A stretch of 64,000 bases of DNA from Octopus vulgaris (Eukaryota), in assembly GCA_951406725.2 (NCBI GenBank), contig OX597832.1:36518001-36582000 (forward strand), read 5' to 3'. A program made the position numbers and the translations under genes. This document shows, one piece after another, positions 25,774 to 39,240 of this stretch (position 1 is its first letter; each line of letters opens with the position of its first letter). Below the pieces are notes generated by a model that saw only the letters and a program-made list of their open reading frames with translations, was not told the origin of the DNA and ran no database searches.

Positions 25774-25960
25774 GATCAAAGAGTTTCAGAATGTCTGGTT
25801 CTATTCTTGTCTGATTTCATTATTTCTTTTGTTTTTGGTAATATCACGAGATGTTTATGTTGATAATGCTAATGGTGGTGTAGTTGTCCTCTGATTGTTG
25901 CGGTGGTAGTGGAGTTGGGGGTACTAGCAGTGGTGGTAGTAGTAGTAGTAGTAGTAGTAA
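25240..25960. repeat. Low-complexity GAT/GGT tract with (ATT)n and (GTA)n microsatellites
   Basis: Directly visible trinucleotide repeats. Confidence 0.9.
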
Positions 25961-28900
25961 CAAGCAGGTTTACATTCAGTGTGTAGTGACTTCATTTAGG
26001 TATAGAGTAGATTCGAACCTGAATCGGCTGATTTCCCATAATATTTCAACAGCACTTTTCTGACAGAGGAACAATGGTTGACAGCAAGTCACATTTAACA
26101 TATGGCTTTGCCAATCTGATTTATGTCTTTGCCACTTGACCCTTCTAATCTCTTCTATGCAGTGGAGAATGGAATTGAGATAACAGTGGACCCCCAAAGT
26201 ATATCCATTGTCTTTGCAGTATATCTACTTTTCTATCTAGTTTTGCAAAGTTATAAATACAAGAACTCCATAAGCCAAAGTCAGTTAGTGAGAACCGAGT
26301 CTGGCTGACCGGCTAAATGAAACTCTGTCTCTGAATGAAAAAGCACAGAGAGACAACTATGGTAACTCACCAACAAAGCAGTTGTTTCGTTCCACCACTC
26401 TCGCTCTCACTCGCTCACTTTCTTTTCTCTACAACGTTACCCTGTCTCTGTCTGTGGTTTACTACTGCACTATGTCGAGAACACAAACACACCTATACAA
26501 GAAAAATCTATGATATCTCTCTTTACCTCGCTTGCTTTACAAATTATACTTACCAACCCATCATGGTTTTGGCTACAACAATATGTAATGGTAAATAAAT
26601 GTTTGTTTGCAACTTCGATCACTGTTCTTCTTTCACCTTACACATCTGCAACATCAACACCCGTTACAATTGGTAACTGCCGACTCCAGCATATACCATT
26701 ACACATACTGTTACAGGTGTATCTCAGTCTGAAGAAGGGCCATGCCTATTGTTTTTCAAATTTTTCTTTTGACTTGATCAAGAAATAATTAACCATATAG
26801 GAAGGGTATCTAGCTTTAAAAACCATGCCAAAACAGGCCTTGCTGGTGCTGTGTAAAAAATACTCAGTCCACTTTGTAAAGTAATTGACATTTTGAAGGG
26901 CATCTAGCCACAAAAACCATACCAAGGTGGACAGTGAAGCCTGGTGCAATCTTTTGGTTTGCCAGCTCCTGTCAAACTATCCAACCCATACCAGCATGAA
27001 AAATGGGCATTAAATAATGATGATGATATAAGATCGTTATAGAAGTGATTACATTTGGAGTGGTTATATAGTTACATATAAGGACCTAATGATAGAGTGG
27101 TTACCTAACCATATATAAGGTCCATGTTATAGTGGAGTGGTTACTTGGATATATCCATAATAAAGTCCTATGATAAAGTAGTTGCATAGCTAAATTTATA
27201 GTCTTAAATCTTACCATAGGGCAGGCTCTGTTGTATGCAACTCTCTGGTAATTGGAGGGTTTTTTTTTCTCACATTAGATTCTAGACATGATTATGTATG
27301 CTGTATTTTGACATGGCATATAGTTTGTCAACATGTGGAGACAGGTATCGGTCCTGCAGTCGGACAAATTGAGTAATGACCACTGCAGACATGTGACAGG
27401 AAGAATAAGTTTGGCAGTCATTTCTAGAGAGTGAGTGAAAGAGAGAGAGAGAGGGGGAAGGGAGAGAGAGAGAATTTGTCCTCAGGTGTTTGAAGAGGGA
27501 GAATTGGCTTTCACTCTGACTTTGACATCATAAGGAAGCATCGAGGATGATGCTGCATGATAGCTCAAAGAAATCCCAAAGCCAGAGGCCTAATTTGGAT
27601 ACTTGCAACAGTGTAAACTCTTCTAAAGACACTCAAGAAGGTGGTATTAAAGTAGGTGCATGTGCAATGCATGTATGTGTGTAAATGTGTGTGTATGTAT
27701 GTGTTTGTGTGTAATGAAGAGGATTTGAAGTGCATCACAAAAAGGGTTTAACTTAGAGATGAAATCTTTGATAAAATTGTCTGAGCAGACAACACAGCAA
27801 TCAGGCTTCTCGTTGTTGATTTTATATGAATTCTTAGAATTTAGAATTGGTAAGAATGTTATCAAAGATAAAATTTAAATTACTTGCATTTAAAAGGATG
27901 TAAATTTGGAGCTAATCTGATAATATTCTCAAGGATTTCTAAAACCCCTGGGTTGTTATGGCAAAATCATTGTCTGAGATTGCTATTCTTAAATTCCCTT
28001 TGGGTGGCTCTGATTAAACCTAGATTATTTAGATATCTTTATCAGAGATTCCTGGAAGGGGATGATTTTCAGGGGGAGGGTGGGAATTGTAAACTGTTTT
28101 AATATATTTGATAGACTAGTCTAGCATTTGTTTCCATCTTGTTGCAAACTCACTTTTGTGTGTTTACATTTTCTTAACTCTTTAGTTACTATATTTCTGT
28201 TAAAATACACTGCCTTTGTTTGAATTAATTTTCAAAATAATGAGAATTTAGGAAAATAACTTTACCATTATTAAGCTGGTTTTTGAAACCTATCATGGAG
28301 TTTTGAAGAAAGACTTCAAGTTAGACCATTTTAAAAACCAGATGTTTGTCAGAAAATCAGGTGGACTGGAATCAAAAGAGGTTAGAGTTTACTTGTAGAG
28401 CTCTGTAAAATACTTTGCTGGTATATCGGTTATGCGTATGGAAGCATAGCCATATGCTTAAGAAGTTCACCTCACAGTCCTTAGGTTCTGGGTTCAAGGT
28501 CAATGTGTAGAAAGCTTGAGTAAGAGTCTTTACTGCTATCTTGGGTTGACCAGTGCTTTGTGAGTGAAATTTGGTTCACGGGAAATCCTAGAAACCAATT
28601 GCCTGTGTGTGCATGTTGTGTATATTGTAATTATATTTTGCCAACATAAAGGCGGTGCTCCAGCATGGCTGCAATTAAATTCAAATAAGTAAAAAAATAT
28701 AAAGAATATGTTAATGGCAAGGTGGTGAACTAACAGAATCGTTACCTTGTCAGACTTGGTGACATTTCTTCTGCATTTACATTCTGAGTTCAAATTCCGC
28801 CAACTTTGCCTTTCATCCTTTTGAGGTCAATAAAAGAAGTACCAGTTGAGTATTGGGGGCAATGTAATTAACTTATCCCCTCCCCCAAATTGTTGGAATT

Positions 28901-29516
28901 GTGCCAAAATTTTAAACCAGTTCATATTAATGGCAAAAATGGTACTTTCAAACAAGAATATCCTGTTGTATTTATTCTGTACAAATTTCAAAGATGTTCT
29001 ATTGTCACTTTTACTCAGAGGCAATAATAAGCGATCAAGACCTTTAGTGATATACTGTACTTGAGAAGACCCGTGAAGCCAAGTGAAGTTTTAGTTGTGG
29101 CTGATGCCAGTGTCACGTAACGGGCACGTAGAAAGCACCCATTGCACTCTTGGAGTGGTTGGCATTATGAAGGGCATCCAGCTGTAGAAATCGTGCCAAA
29201 TCAGACTGGAACCTGGTGCAGCCCTCCAGCATACCAACCTTGTTCAGACCATGCAACCCATGCCTGCATGGAAAGCAGATGCTAAATGATGATGATGATG
29301 ATCAAGTGTAATTTGAAAGAAATGTACCAAGTATTTTAAGAGAATCCCGTAACTATGTACAGGCTCTCAAAAGGTCATCATGGTTTGGTTAGTAATGATA
29401 TCCAGCCCAAGCTCAGCATGGGGCGGAGAACACACACCGAGACTTTAATTTATTTTGCTTTCTTACATATTCTCTTTATATGACACATATAAGGACCTTT
29501 ATAGAAATATGTATAT

Positions 29517-29654
29517 CAGGCATGGGCAACCCTTTTTTCGAGAAGTGGGTTGCACTCATCAGCTGGGACACACTGTTAAAAAACGAATTGAAGGTAATTT
29601 TTCATTAGGTGTGCCATTCAGAGAGCCCCATAGGACACAGGTTGCCTATGCCCG
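29517..29654. mobile_element. Short hAT-like MITE
   Basis: TIRs CAGGCATGGGCAACC / GGTTGCCTATGCCCG. The TSD is not clear. Confidence 0.65.
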
Positions 29655-30154
29655 ATATCTTACATCTAATAAAACGCAAAGTGTGACCCGTTGATCACAC
29701 AAGAGGGAAAGAAGAGTAAAACAACAAATGGAGTGGGAGTGAGTGACAGTGAGAGAGAGGTGCTGAAAAGTAGTTGAACAGCTTTCAAAGGTTTTGCTTT
29801 GAAAATGCTGATATTTAGAAATAAAACTGCAAATTTTTATTGTAAATTGTATTTACTTTATCAGTTTCCAACACACACAGAAGCACACAAATATATGTGT
29901 GTGTGTATACACGCACACACACACATGACGTTAAACACTTTTGTTTTCAAAATATGTTTTTGTCCATTTCTCTATACTTGCCCTTTCTGATCCAAACCCT
30001 AGTTTCCTTTTCCAAGTAAAAGATAGCATATTTTACTGATTTCATCAATCTAAAATTATGTAAACAAACATACACAGGTGCACTCACATTCACATGCATA
30101 CAACATGCATATGTATGCATATGCAATAAGTGCAAATAAAAATGTATGTATGAA

Positions 30155-30196
<42 letters not shown>

Positions 30197-30329
30197 AGAG
30201 AGGGTGGAGAGATATATCTACAAATAAATGTATATATATATGTGTGTGTGTATATACATATATGTGCACACATATATCTATAAAAGTATATATATCTATC
30301 TACCTATATATTTATCTCTCTATATATAA

Positions 30330-30371
<42 letters not shown>

Positions 30372-31277
30372 GTATCTGTAGCGACTCCAGCACTTGTGCT
30401 GTTTGTTCTTAGCCTGAGTATAAATTTAGTAAAGTGACCGTGCATTTGCAAACTGATTTAATTTCTGTCAACACTGACTTCAAGAATATAACTGCAACCA
30501 GTAACTTGGGTTCCTTTTATTGAGCCTGGTCACAATTCATTTATTTTCGTTCAGCTTCTGGTAGTCATCTTAGGGGTGCCCTGTGTCAAAAAATATCATT
30601 CGTAGCGACGTTCTCTCGACATCGTTCACACGTGACTGACTCAGGCTCAGAAGTTACAGCCCACGTTGTTACCTATAAACATAAAAATTAAAAGTAATTC
30701 AAATTCAGTGTTTTCTTGAAACCATAAATTTCTATAGAGATCAAGATTTAAATGCCAATCGATGAAAAGTTTCCGTTCTACAATATTCTTAAAGGGACGA
30801 AAAATTATCCCAGCAACTCAGGCTAATACGAACGAGCCTGGCAGGTGTAAAAGTTAACTGGCATCTCTTGTCAAGAGTACAGGTAACAGTCAGATCGCTG
30901 ATGTTTGCTGCACACTCCGATGTCGTTATTTGATCGCTGTTACTCTGTGTGACTGTGTGTAAAGGGTAGTTGTGTTTTGCAGGGTTGCTTTATTTTTACC
31001 TTAACTTAGAAATGGAGAAAGACATAGCACTAGGTAGAAATAAAACCCAAGCCATTTGGGGTTAGAAATAAAACAGGAAAACATGAAATTCTTTGAGCAG
31101 GCATGTCTCTTATGTGAAATCTGTGATGATCCTGAGCGACACTGATGACCTGGAGTTGCCTCTGATACTTATGTATGTGTGTGTGTGTGTATGTGCATGT
31201 ATGTGTGTGTGTCTGCATGTATGTGTGTGTCTGTATGTATGTATATATGTGTGTGTGTGTGTGTAAGCATGTATATA

Positions 31278-31323
<46 letters not shown>

Positions 31324-32364
31324 CATGTGTGTGTTTGTGTGTATATACATACACATACATTATGTGGACGCTATTTTCAACCAAGATGTTCCCCTTGTAT
31401 CTGATTCTTCAAGTGCTTTAATTTTGTATGTTGCAAATCTATTTATTAGATGGATGATATTTATTAATGGTTTTTGCCATTGTGTTAAAGTACCATTTTC
31501 TATCATTAATGATGCTGTCAGCATTTTTAGCGAAATGGGCAAGCTGGTATATTATAGTAGTAATACTGATAGAAATATGTATTATAGTAAGGACCTCGAT
31601 AAGAATATAGTAGGGACTTTGATAAGAATATATAGTAGGGGGTCTTGATAGAAATACAGATTAAATTAGTGACTTTGACAGAAATATATTTAAAGAAGGG
31701 ATCTTTGTGGAAATATATATTGTAGTAGAGTTCTTTGAAAGTTGTTTTCATCAATGAACATTTACTAATTATACATTATTGATCTAAATCAATCAATCAA
31801 GTTTATCTCTTGATATACAGCATCTTCAGTGGGAATTAAACAAAAATGTTTGCAGTAAAAGTTCAACTTTATAAATAATTTAGAGAGACAGAAATATGAA
31901 GTGAATTGGAGGTGTGTGTGTGTCTATGAACTGAGAGGTTATAGGTTTCTATCAGCTAATGGTTGTGTATTGTTAACTCATTGTGTGTATGTTTGTGTGT
32001 GTGTGTGTAGATGAGTGAAACAATTCTAATTTTGTGTATGTCAGACAGTTTGATATGTGTGTGTGTGTGTATGAATGTGTGTGAATTGTTTTGATTTTCA
32101 TTCTTGTGGGATTGAATGTTTACATATGATGTTGGTGTTGGATATGATAATTGCCATGATAATGAGGATTTCTGTGCCGTAAATCTCATTATTTCTTTGG
32201 TAATAACATATAATTTCTTTACATAAACACTAGCATTACATCACATCATCTAACATTTTTAGACATGAATTTTGTGTTTTCCTAATTTCACTGACATTTT
32301 TTCCATATTACTATAAATACTCCCACTTTTTTTTATTACATAAAATTATACAATCTTCAGATTT

Positions 32365-32748
32365 ATCTTTTACTTGTTTCAGTCATTGGACTGTGGCCAT
32401 GAGGGGGCACCATCTTGAAGGGTTTAGTCAAATAAATTGCCCCCAGGATAGAGTTTTATAAATCTGGCACTTAATCTATTGGTTTGTTTTACCAAACTGC
32501 TAAGTTATGGAGGCATAAACAAACCAACACCGGTTAAACAGTGAGGTGGGAGTGAACACAGGCATAGACACACACACATGCACACACACACACACACATG
32601 AGGGGATTCCGCTGATTCTGGCAATCAACTTCACTCACAAATCATTGATTGGTCCAGGGTTATAGTAGAAGACACTTGCCCTAAGTGGCATGCAGTGGGA
32701 TTGAACCCAGAGCCACATGGTTGCATAGTGTGTTTCTTAACTACATGG
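32365..32748 (-). mobile_element. tRNA-derived SINE family A (diverged)
   Basis: Same motif order as the other family A copies. Confidence 0.75.
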
Positions 32749-33976
32749 TAACTGAAACTCTAAGTTTCAATGGCTTTTCGAATCCAGTGGTGGGGCAGCC
32801 TCAATTGTAACATGGCAGGAGGCATTGAAGCAGTTGTTTCATTGTTTTCTGAGTGTGTAGAGACAGCTGTAGTGAAGGCAATGGTTTCTAGTGAGATAAT
32901 GGAGTAGAAACTTAAAACTATTTCAGTTCTAAAATCTTCAGATGTTGGACTCACTCAGTCATTAAACCCGTTGAGTATTTACTTTTGCTTATTTCAATCT
33001 GGTTGTTCAATATTGGCAGAAACTAATTGCTATCCAAAATGTAAATAAATGAAAATTGAAGATAAAATAAATGAAATTTGGGTATTTTTGCCATAAATGT
33101 GTTAGTGAGCCTTTAATAAGTTCATCATCATCTCACCATTTTTATGCCCACTTTTCTATGTTGGCATAAATTGGATGACACTTTTTGAGGGAGTTTTTTT
33201 ATTAATCAGATATTCCCCTGCTTCCTGGTGTCAATCCTTTCACATCTTACAGCTTGCAGAGATAATTTGAAAATATTCTAAAAACCAAGATACATACAGA
33301 AAGCTAATTAAATATATTAGCTAATGGCTTCTGTTCTGTATTTGTACAACATTTAAATAAGTTTATATTTCAGATTTTATTTGTACTTTCATTAGGAGTG
33401 GTTTTGAAACAAATTTCATTATACATTTCTCTCAGAACTCTTGTTAAGCATGAAACATGACTTTAACATTTTGGTTTCAAATTTTGGCACAAGGCCAGCA
33501 ATTCTGATGTACAGGATAAGTCAAGTACATTGACCCGGTGCTCAACTGGTACTTATTTTATCAACCCTGAAAGGATGAAAAGGAAAATCAACCCCAGCAG
33601 AATTTGAACTCAGGACATAAAGACGGATGAAATACTTTTTCCCAGCATGCATCACTTCCCACCTTACATGACTTTAACTTATTAATAAATAAAATATACG
33701 TGGCTGTGTGGTAAGAAGTTTGCTTCCCAACCACATGGTTCCAGGTTCAGTCCCTCTGTGTGGCAACATGGGCAAATGTCTTCTATAGCCTCAGTCTAAC
33801 CAATGCCTCGGAGTGAGTGGATTTGGTAGATGGGAACTGAATGAAACATATATATATATATATGTTTCATTTCAAGCTCAACAAGAGTTCTGAAAGAAAT
33901 GTAGAATGGAATTTGTCTCATAACCACTCCTAATGAAAGTACAAATAGAATCTGAAATATAAACTTATTTAAATGT

Positions 33977-34021
<45 letters not shown>

Positions 34022-34736
34022 GTAAATGGATATTGTGTTTAGACTCCGCCAAGCTGTCCCATTTTACAGTTGCAAATATAAAAATATTCCAAAATTAATA
34101 TTTAAAAAAAAAAAAAAAAAAAAAATCCCTTCTCCAAACTCTGCATTAATTTCACTTCCAGGAATTTCATATAAGAGATTCTCAACTGCAGTTGTTTGAT
34201 TAAACAAGGATTATTAATTTATTATTACTGTTTTTCTTTAAGAATTTTATTGAAATGTAGAGTAAAGTGTATTTTAGTTAGGAATTTAAAACAAAAGGGT
34301 TAAATACTTTTTACTTTGAAATAGCATTCCAAAACTTTCAAATTGATCCCATGGTACCATCTTGAAACTGTATTTCTCTTACTTCCTGATATCATAACTA
34401 TTTTCCCTTTCCCCCTAGGTCTGGCATCAACAGGTTTACAGTTTGATCTTGAAGAGAGGTTCTCTTTGGATTGGCCAGCCACCATCCCTTGATTAAACCA
34501 TTCATCTTTCTCAATACCACCAATAGTATAATTGCTTTAACGGTGTTTCTCATGCTGGTAAAAGACACCCTTTGGTTATGAATGACCATGGAATTGCACC
34601 TAGAAGGTTCCTCTCCAAGGCACAAGTCTGGGCAAAGTTGTTTTTATAGAAGACCAGAAGTCGCCCATGCATACCAGCGTCACTGGCAGAATTGTTAGCA
34701 TGCTGGACAAAATGCCTCACAACATTTTGTACAATT

Positions 34737-34990
34737 GTGAAGGCGCATAGCTCAGTAGTTAGTGTTGGGCTCATAATCATATGTTAGTGAGTTCAATTCC
34801 TGGACTAGGCTGTTTGTTGTGTTCTTGAGCAATGCACTTTATTTCATGTTGCTCCAGTTCCCTCAGCTGTAGAAATGAGTTGCGACATCACTGGTGCCAA
34901 GCTGTATCAGCCTTTGCCTGGGTTCATATCAGTGACATGGAGAGGGGATGCTGGTATGCATGGGCGATTGCTCATCTTCCATAAACAATC
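34737..34990 (+). mobile_element. SINE family D (GTGAAGGCGCRTGGCTYAGTGGTTAG head); other copies at about 17561-17793(+), 18233-18300(+), 34550-34680(-), 55352-55618(-) and 60420-60665(-)
   Basis: A-box TAGCTCAGTAG, B-box GAGTTCAATTCC, then GTGTTCTTGAGCAA.GCACTTTATTTCA.GTTGCTCCAGT shared among copies. Confidence 0.78.
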
Positions 34991-36980
34991 TCATATTGGT
35001 ATGGTTTGGATATATCTGCAACATTAAATATCTCCATTCTTCTTCGACTAAACAATCAATACTGCCTTGTATCAACAGTGAACCCCAATATTCTCAGGCA
35101 TAATCTCATTGCTTTCAGCAACCCTTTTCATACTTTTCTTGATTGATGGTCATGTCTGGAATGCCTCTGATCATAAGTTTGTCTATCAAGACTGGCTTGG
35201 AGGCTAAACTGTAACAGTACTCTATAACCCAATAATATGTCACTCCCATCTTTCTCCCACTTTCTAGTCCCTCTCTCTCTCTCTCTCATGTTGCCTCTTT
35301 CTTCCATAGTTAACTCTTCCTCTCTTTGTCTCTTCTTCTGCTCTTTCCACCGTGCTCTATCTCTTCCCCATTTCCCCCCTATATTCAGTTTGCCTCTCTC
35401 TCACTGTTTCTCCCCCATGCTCTGTTCCCTTCTCCTTCACCATCTCTCCACCATGCTCTATTTCCCTCCCTTCCTTCCTCCTCTCTGCCCATCTCTCTCT
35501 CTCTCTCTCTCACCCTCCTCCAGTACTCAACAACTGTCTTCCATTCCCCTCTGTTCAATATTTTATGTAAATTAATTGTTACACATTTAATGGATCCTAC
35601 AGAAATCATTCCGTTGTTTCAACCTCACCACGCATCTCCCCACACGTCGCTCGCTCTGCATCACCACCATACACTGTCACGGCTCCTCCACCACTCTTTA
35701 CACATATCTAGAGAAAGAGAAAGAGCCTTAATAATAGAGAACCAATATATACAAGTGTGTAAGTATACACACACACACACACGTATATATGCAGTAGATT
35801 GTAGGTTTTACCATGATCGAATAAAGGTAGGGGTGTGGAAGAAGCTCGGATAATAATCTGCCCTAGTTGTAGAATTCATTGAAATGTAGAAATACCGAAT
35901 ATTATTATTATTATTATTATTGTTATTATTGTTATTATTGTTATTCTTGTTATTGTTTATGTTGTTTTAGTTGTTGTTGCAAATCAACAATGGTTTGCTC
36001 TGGTTTGTTCTTCAGTTGCTAACACATTATTTCTGATTCTTTCAAGTCTTTGTAGTTAAAAAACATTTATTTTACTATTTTTATGGTCTTTGGTTCACCT
36101 CATCCTTTTCCTCTCCCCCTAACTCTCTCTTTCTCTATGTAGGCATACACCACCCTATTACATCTGGTATTGCAGTTGTTGTTGCTGTTCTATGTCCACA
36201 TTGCCTATTGGTTTAATCAATGTGTCATATACAGTTTATTGAATTGCCAATCAGACTGTAATCTTTTATTAATATTGATTTTATATCCATAATGATGTAA
36301 AAACTAATTTAGAGCTTTAGAAAAATATAAATTCTCCACACATGCGCACACACACTCACTCAGCCACCATACTCTCCCATCAAACACCTCCACCACCACT
36401 ACTACTAATGCAACAAGCACCCCCCCCCCCACCATTATACTTCATTGCCAACCCATTTTCCCACCTCTGCCAACAACCTATCCTCTCACCAAACACTGAA
36501 CAACCACCACACATGCACCCATTTCACTGCCACTCCCCCCAACCCCCATCTTCCACCACTCCCCCCCCTACAATTCCACCTCACTTTCACTCCTCCACCA
36601 CAGAAGGCAAAAGAAAAACTAACCTGAGATTAAAATGGTGTTACTGCTACTACTATAACCATTTCTACCACCACCACCAGATTTGTGAATACACAATACA
36701 GTATTTGTCAAGAGCAGACATTATTAAATCATTCGTCTTTTTATGAGTGGTGTGTATGTGTGAAGAGAGGTAGTAAGATAGTGACCACCACCAAGGAGAT
36801 ATGTGTGTGAAGAGGTGAGGAGATAGTAACCGCCATAAAGAGATGTGCGTGTGTGAGAAAAATTGGTGAAGTGGTGCTTTATGAAGTATGGGTCATCACT
36901 TGAACAAAAGTTGATGAAAACTTCTCCAAGGAATTGGTAAATTATTGTGTCTGATTCTTTGTGATTATCCTGCACCACTG

Positions 36981-39240
36981 CAGTAGTGTTCCCCAACTGT
37001 TTTTCACAAATGTTTCCCTAAAAAGCATTTGGATGCATACTACTACTTCTGCGTCAAATGCTTTCCTTTTGTAATAAATTTAGTGTTTTTGATTGAATTT
37101 AAAATAAATCTAAACAATTTTATTACACATAAATGTACATTTTTATCAATGAAAAATAGAAATGAAGTATTATTAATTATGTATTAATGTGATTAGTATA
37201 GGAATAATTAAAACAACACACATTCTTCATGTGATCCCTGTGATTGATGGCCATCAGCAATTTTTGTGATATTTGGTTTTCAAATTTGATGAGTCGTTAA
37301 GTTACTCTACTATTCATGGTCAAAATTTGATTTACTGCACTAAAACCTTTTTCCACCACATCAGAGGATCAAAAAGCATTTAAAATATCTTGACTGCATT
37401 CCACAATATAGACTACGTTGCAATCACATTTTACATAAGCTTTGATTTTCAAAAATTGTTATTCTAGTTTGTAGATAATGTTTTTGTTCTTCTATTTTGT
37501 ATGCAAATAAGTTTTTTACCCAGTCGGGAATTCTTTCTTTAATCAAGTTATTAAGTCTTGCCTCAGTATCTTCCATCGGTTCTTTTAAAGGTCTTTTAAA
37601 GGATCTTTGTCTGTAAATAATTGTGAAAGGCTTTCCATTGATGGCAACTAACAGATTGCCATCCTACCAAGGTTTCGCTTGTAAAATTCAATTTTACTTA
37701 TAAAATGTTTGACAGCATTCTTTGTGTGAATCAGATTAAAATTGTTTCCTTGCATTTGCAAATTGAGGTTGTTCATCTTGTCTTAAATATCACCTAAATA
37801 ACTCAATATCTCCATAAATAAAGTCAGTGTCTTTTTTTTTTTTTGCTAGTTTCATTGTGATTTATAAGTAAGAATTCAACTATTGTGTCATAAAGGTAAA
37901 AAAAAGACGTATTTCAAACAGGTTCCTTTTGAGGCTCCATCAAACTTCACTGTCAAGAAATTGTTTTAAAATTTCCACTATTCTCTTCACTTAATTGACA
38001 AAACAGCTTACCATTTAAGGTCCAAACTTTGGTTTTGTTAAGAGTAACTATTACTAAGGCCAGGATTGAAGGCAGTTGCTTACCAAGCTTTTTAATCACA
38101 GGATGTTGCCATTAAATTACACAGTGAACTGCAAATAAACTAGGCTCTTCCTTTCACTTCCTTTCTCATATGACACCAGATCAGCTTGGCGACCTGTCAG
38201 TATTTGGTGCACCATCAATTGCATGATATCCTTCTGCTTCAAAAGGGTTTACATTTATCTTCAAAGTAACTGTTAAAAGTCTGAAACTTATTTCTCCCTT
38301 TGTATCCGTTTTCAACGATTTGCAGAAAAGTATTTTTCCATAATTTTCTTTTTTAACAAAACACACGTAAGGCACCAATGAAGCTTTGTTCCACCGTACT
38401 TTTGATTGGTCAGGTTGTCTTCCAAATTCTGTCCTCTTAAGTTTCAATATCCTTATCTATTTCATCAATCCGTTGAGAACCAGAATTATTGCAGAAAGAA
38501 AACAGTTTTAAGATATGTGTATCCTGATAAAAATTTCAGAAGCTGAAAGTGTTATTAGTAAATATATATTAGTGACAGAGGCTGTATTAATACCGAGAAA
38601 TAATATTTATCCCCACTTAAATGTGGATGTTCTATTAGAACAAAATATACTGCAGGAGATACCATGAGAGAAATTCACATAATTGGCTTTTGGGGCAAAA
38701 TGCACTCATTTATATTGCTAGCAATATAACCAAGAGTGCATTTGGCACCAAAAACCAATATGAGGGGTTTTCTCAGGGTATCTACTGCAGTATCGTTTGT
38801 TCTAACAGAGCATTCATGTTTACGTGGGGATAAATATTACTTCCTAGTGTTGTTAATGTCTCACCAACTATGTTTAGTTTTCCACATTTAGCTATTAGTT
38901 GTGATATCTTGTATGAAGCAATATGACAGTTGTCAAGTTTTGGGGCCTCTTTCAAATGTCTCCTTTATCTTTTTTGTGGCTGTAAAACATCATATTGAAC
39001 ATCTTTCTGGATGTTTTCTCTAAAAGTGCTCTTTTAGAGCTTAATTTGAGAAAACAATTTTTGGAAATAAAGGCACATAGGTTATCTGAAAGATAGAGCA
39101 GCAAATCCGTATTTGCAGGCAGTTTACATAATATTGGTAAACCTTGGTTTTATTCTTTTTCTCTTTTTTGTTATTGGCAGAGCTACTTGAATGATTTTCA
39201 TCGTATATTTCTACTTGCTTATAATGATAGGAAAGATCTA
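36981..39240 (-). mobile_element. Decayed hAT (Charlie/Buster-type) transposon with transposase pseudogene
   Basis: Minus-strand remnants are ASYKISQLIAKCGK, FGRQPDQSKVR..KILFCKSLKTDTKGE, DGAP, AVHCVI, SKGTCL, YLGDI*DKMNNLNLQMQG and terminal HQSQGSH. TIR-like CAGTAGTGTTCCCCAAC lies at 36981. The right boundary is uncertain. Confidence 0.8.
38570..38870. mobile_element. About 300-bp fold-back MITE inserted in the hAT transposase
   Basis: The whole segment is an imperfect palindrome centred on TATATTGC|TA|GCAATATA at 38711-38728, for example AATATTTATCCCCAC / GTGGGGATAAATATT. TA is present at both ends. Confidence 0.8.

Noticed and set aside
26123-26361. Exon-like segment with AG/GT candidates
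   Set aside because: All frames hit stops or lack a good donor, and there is no similarity to Dlg that I can recognise.
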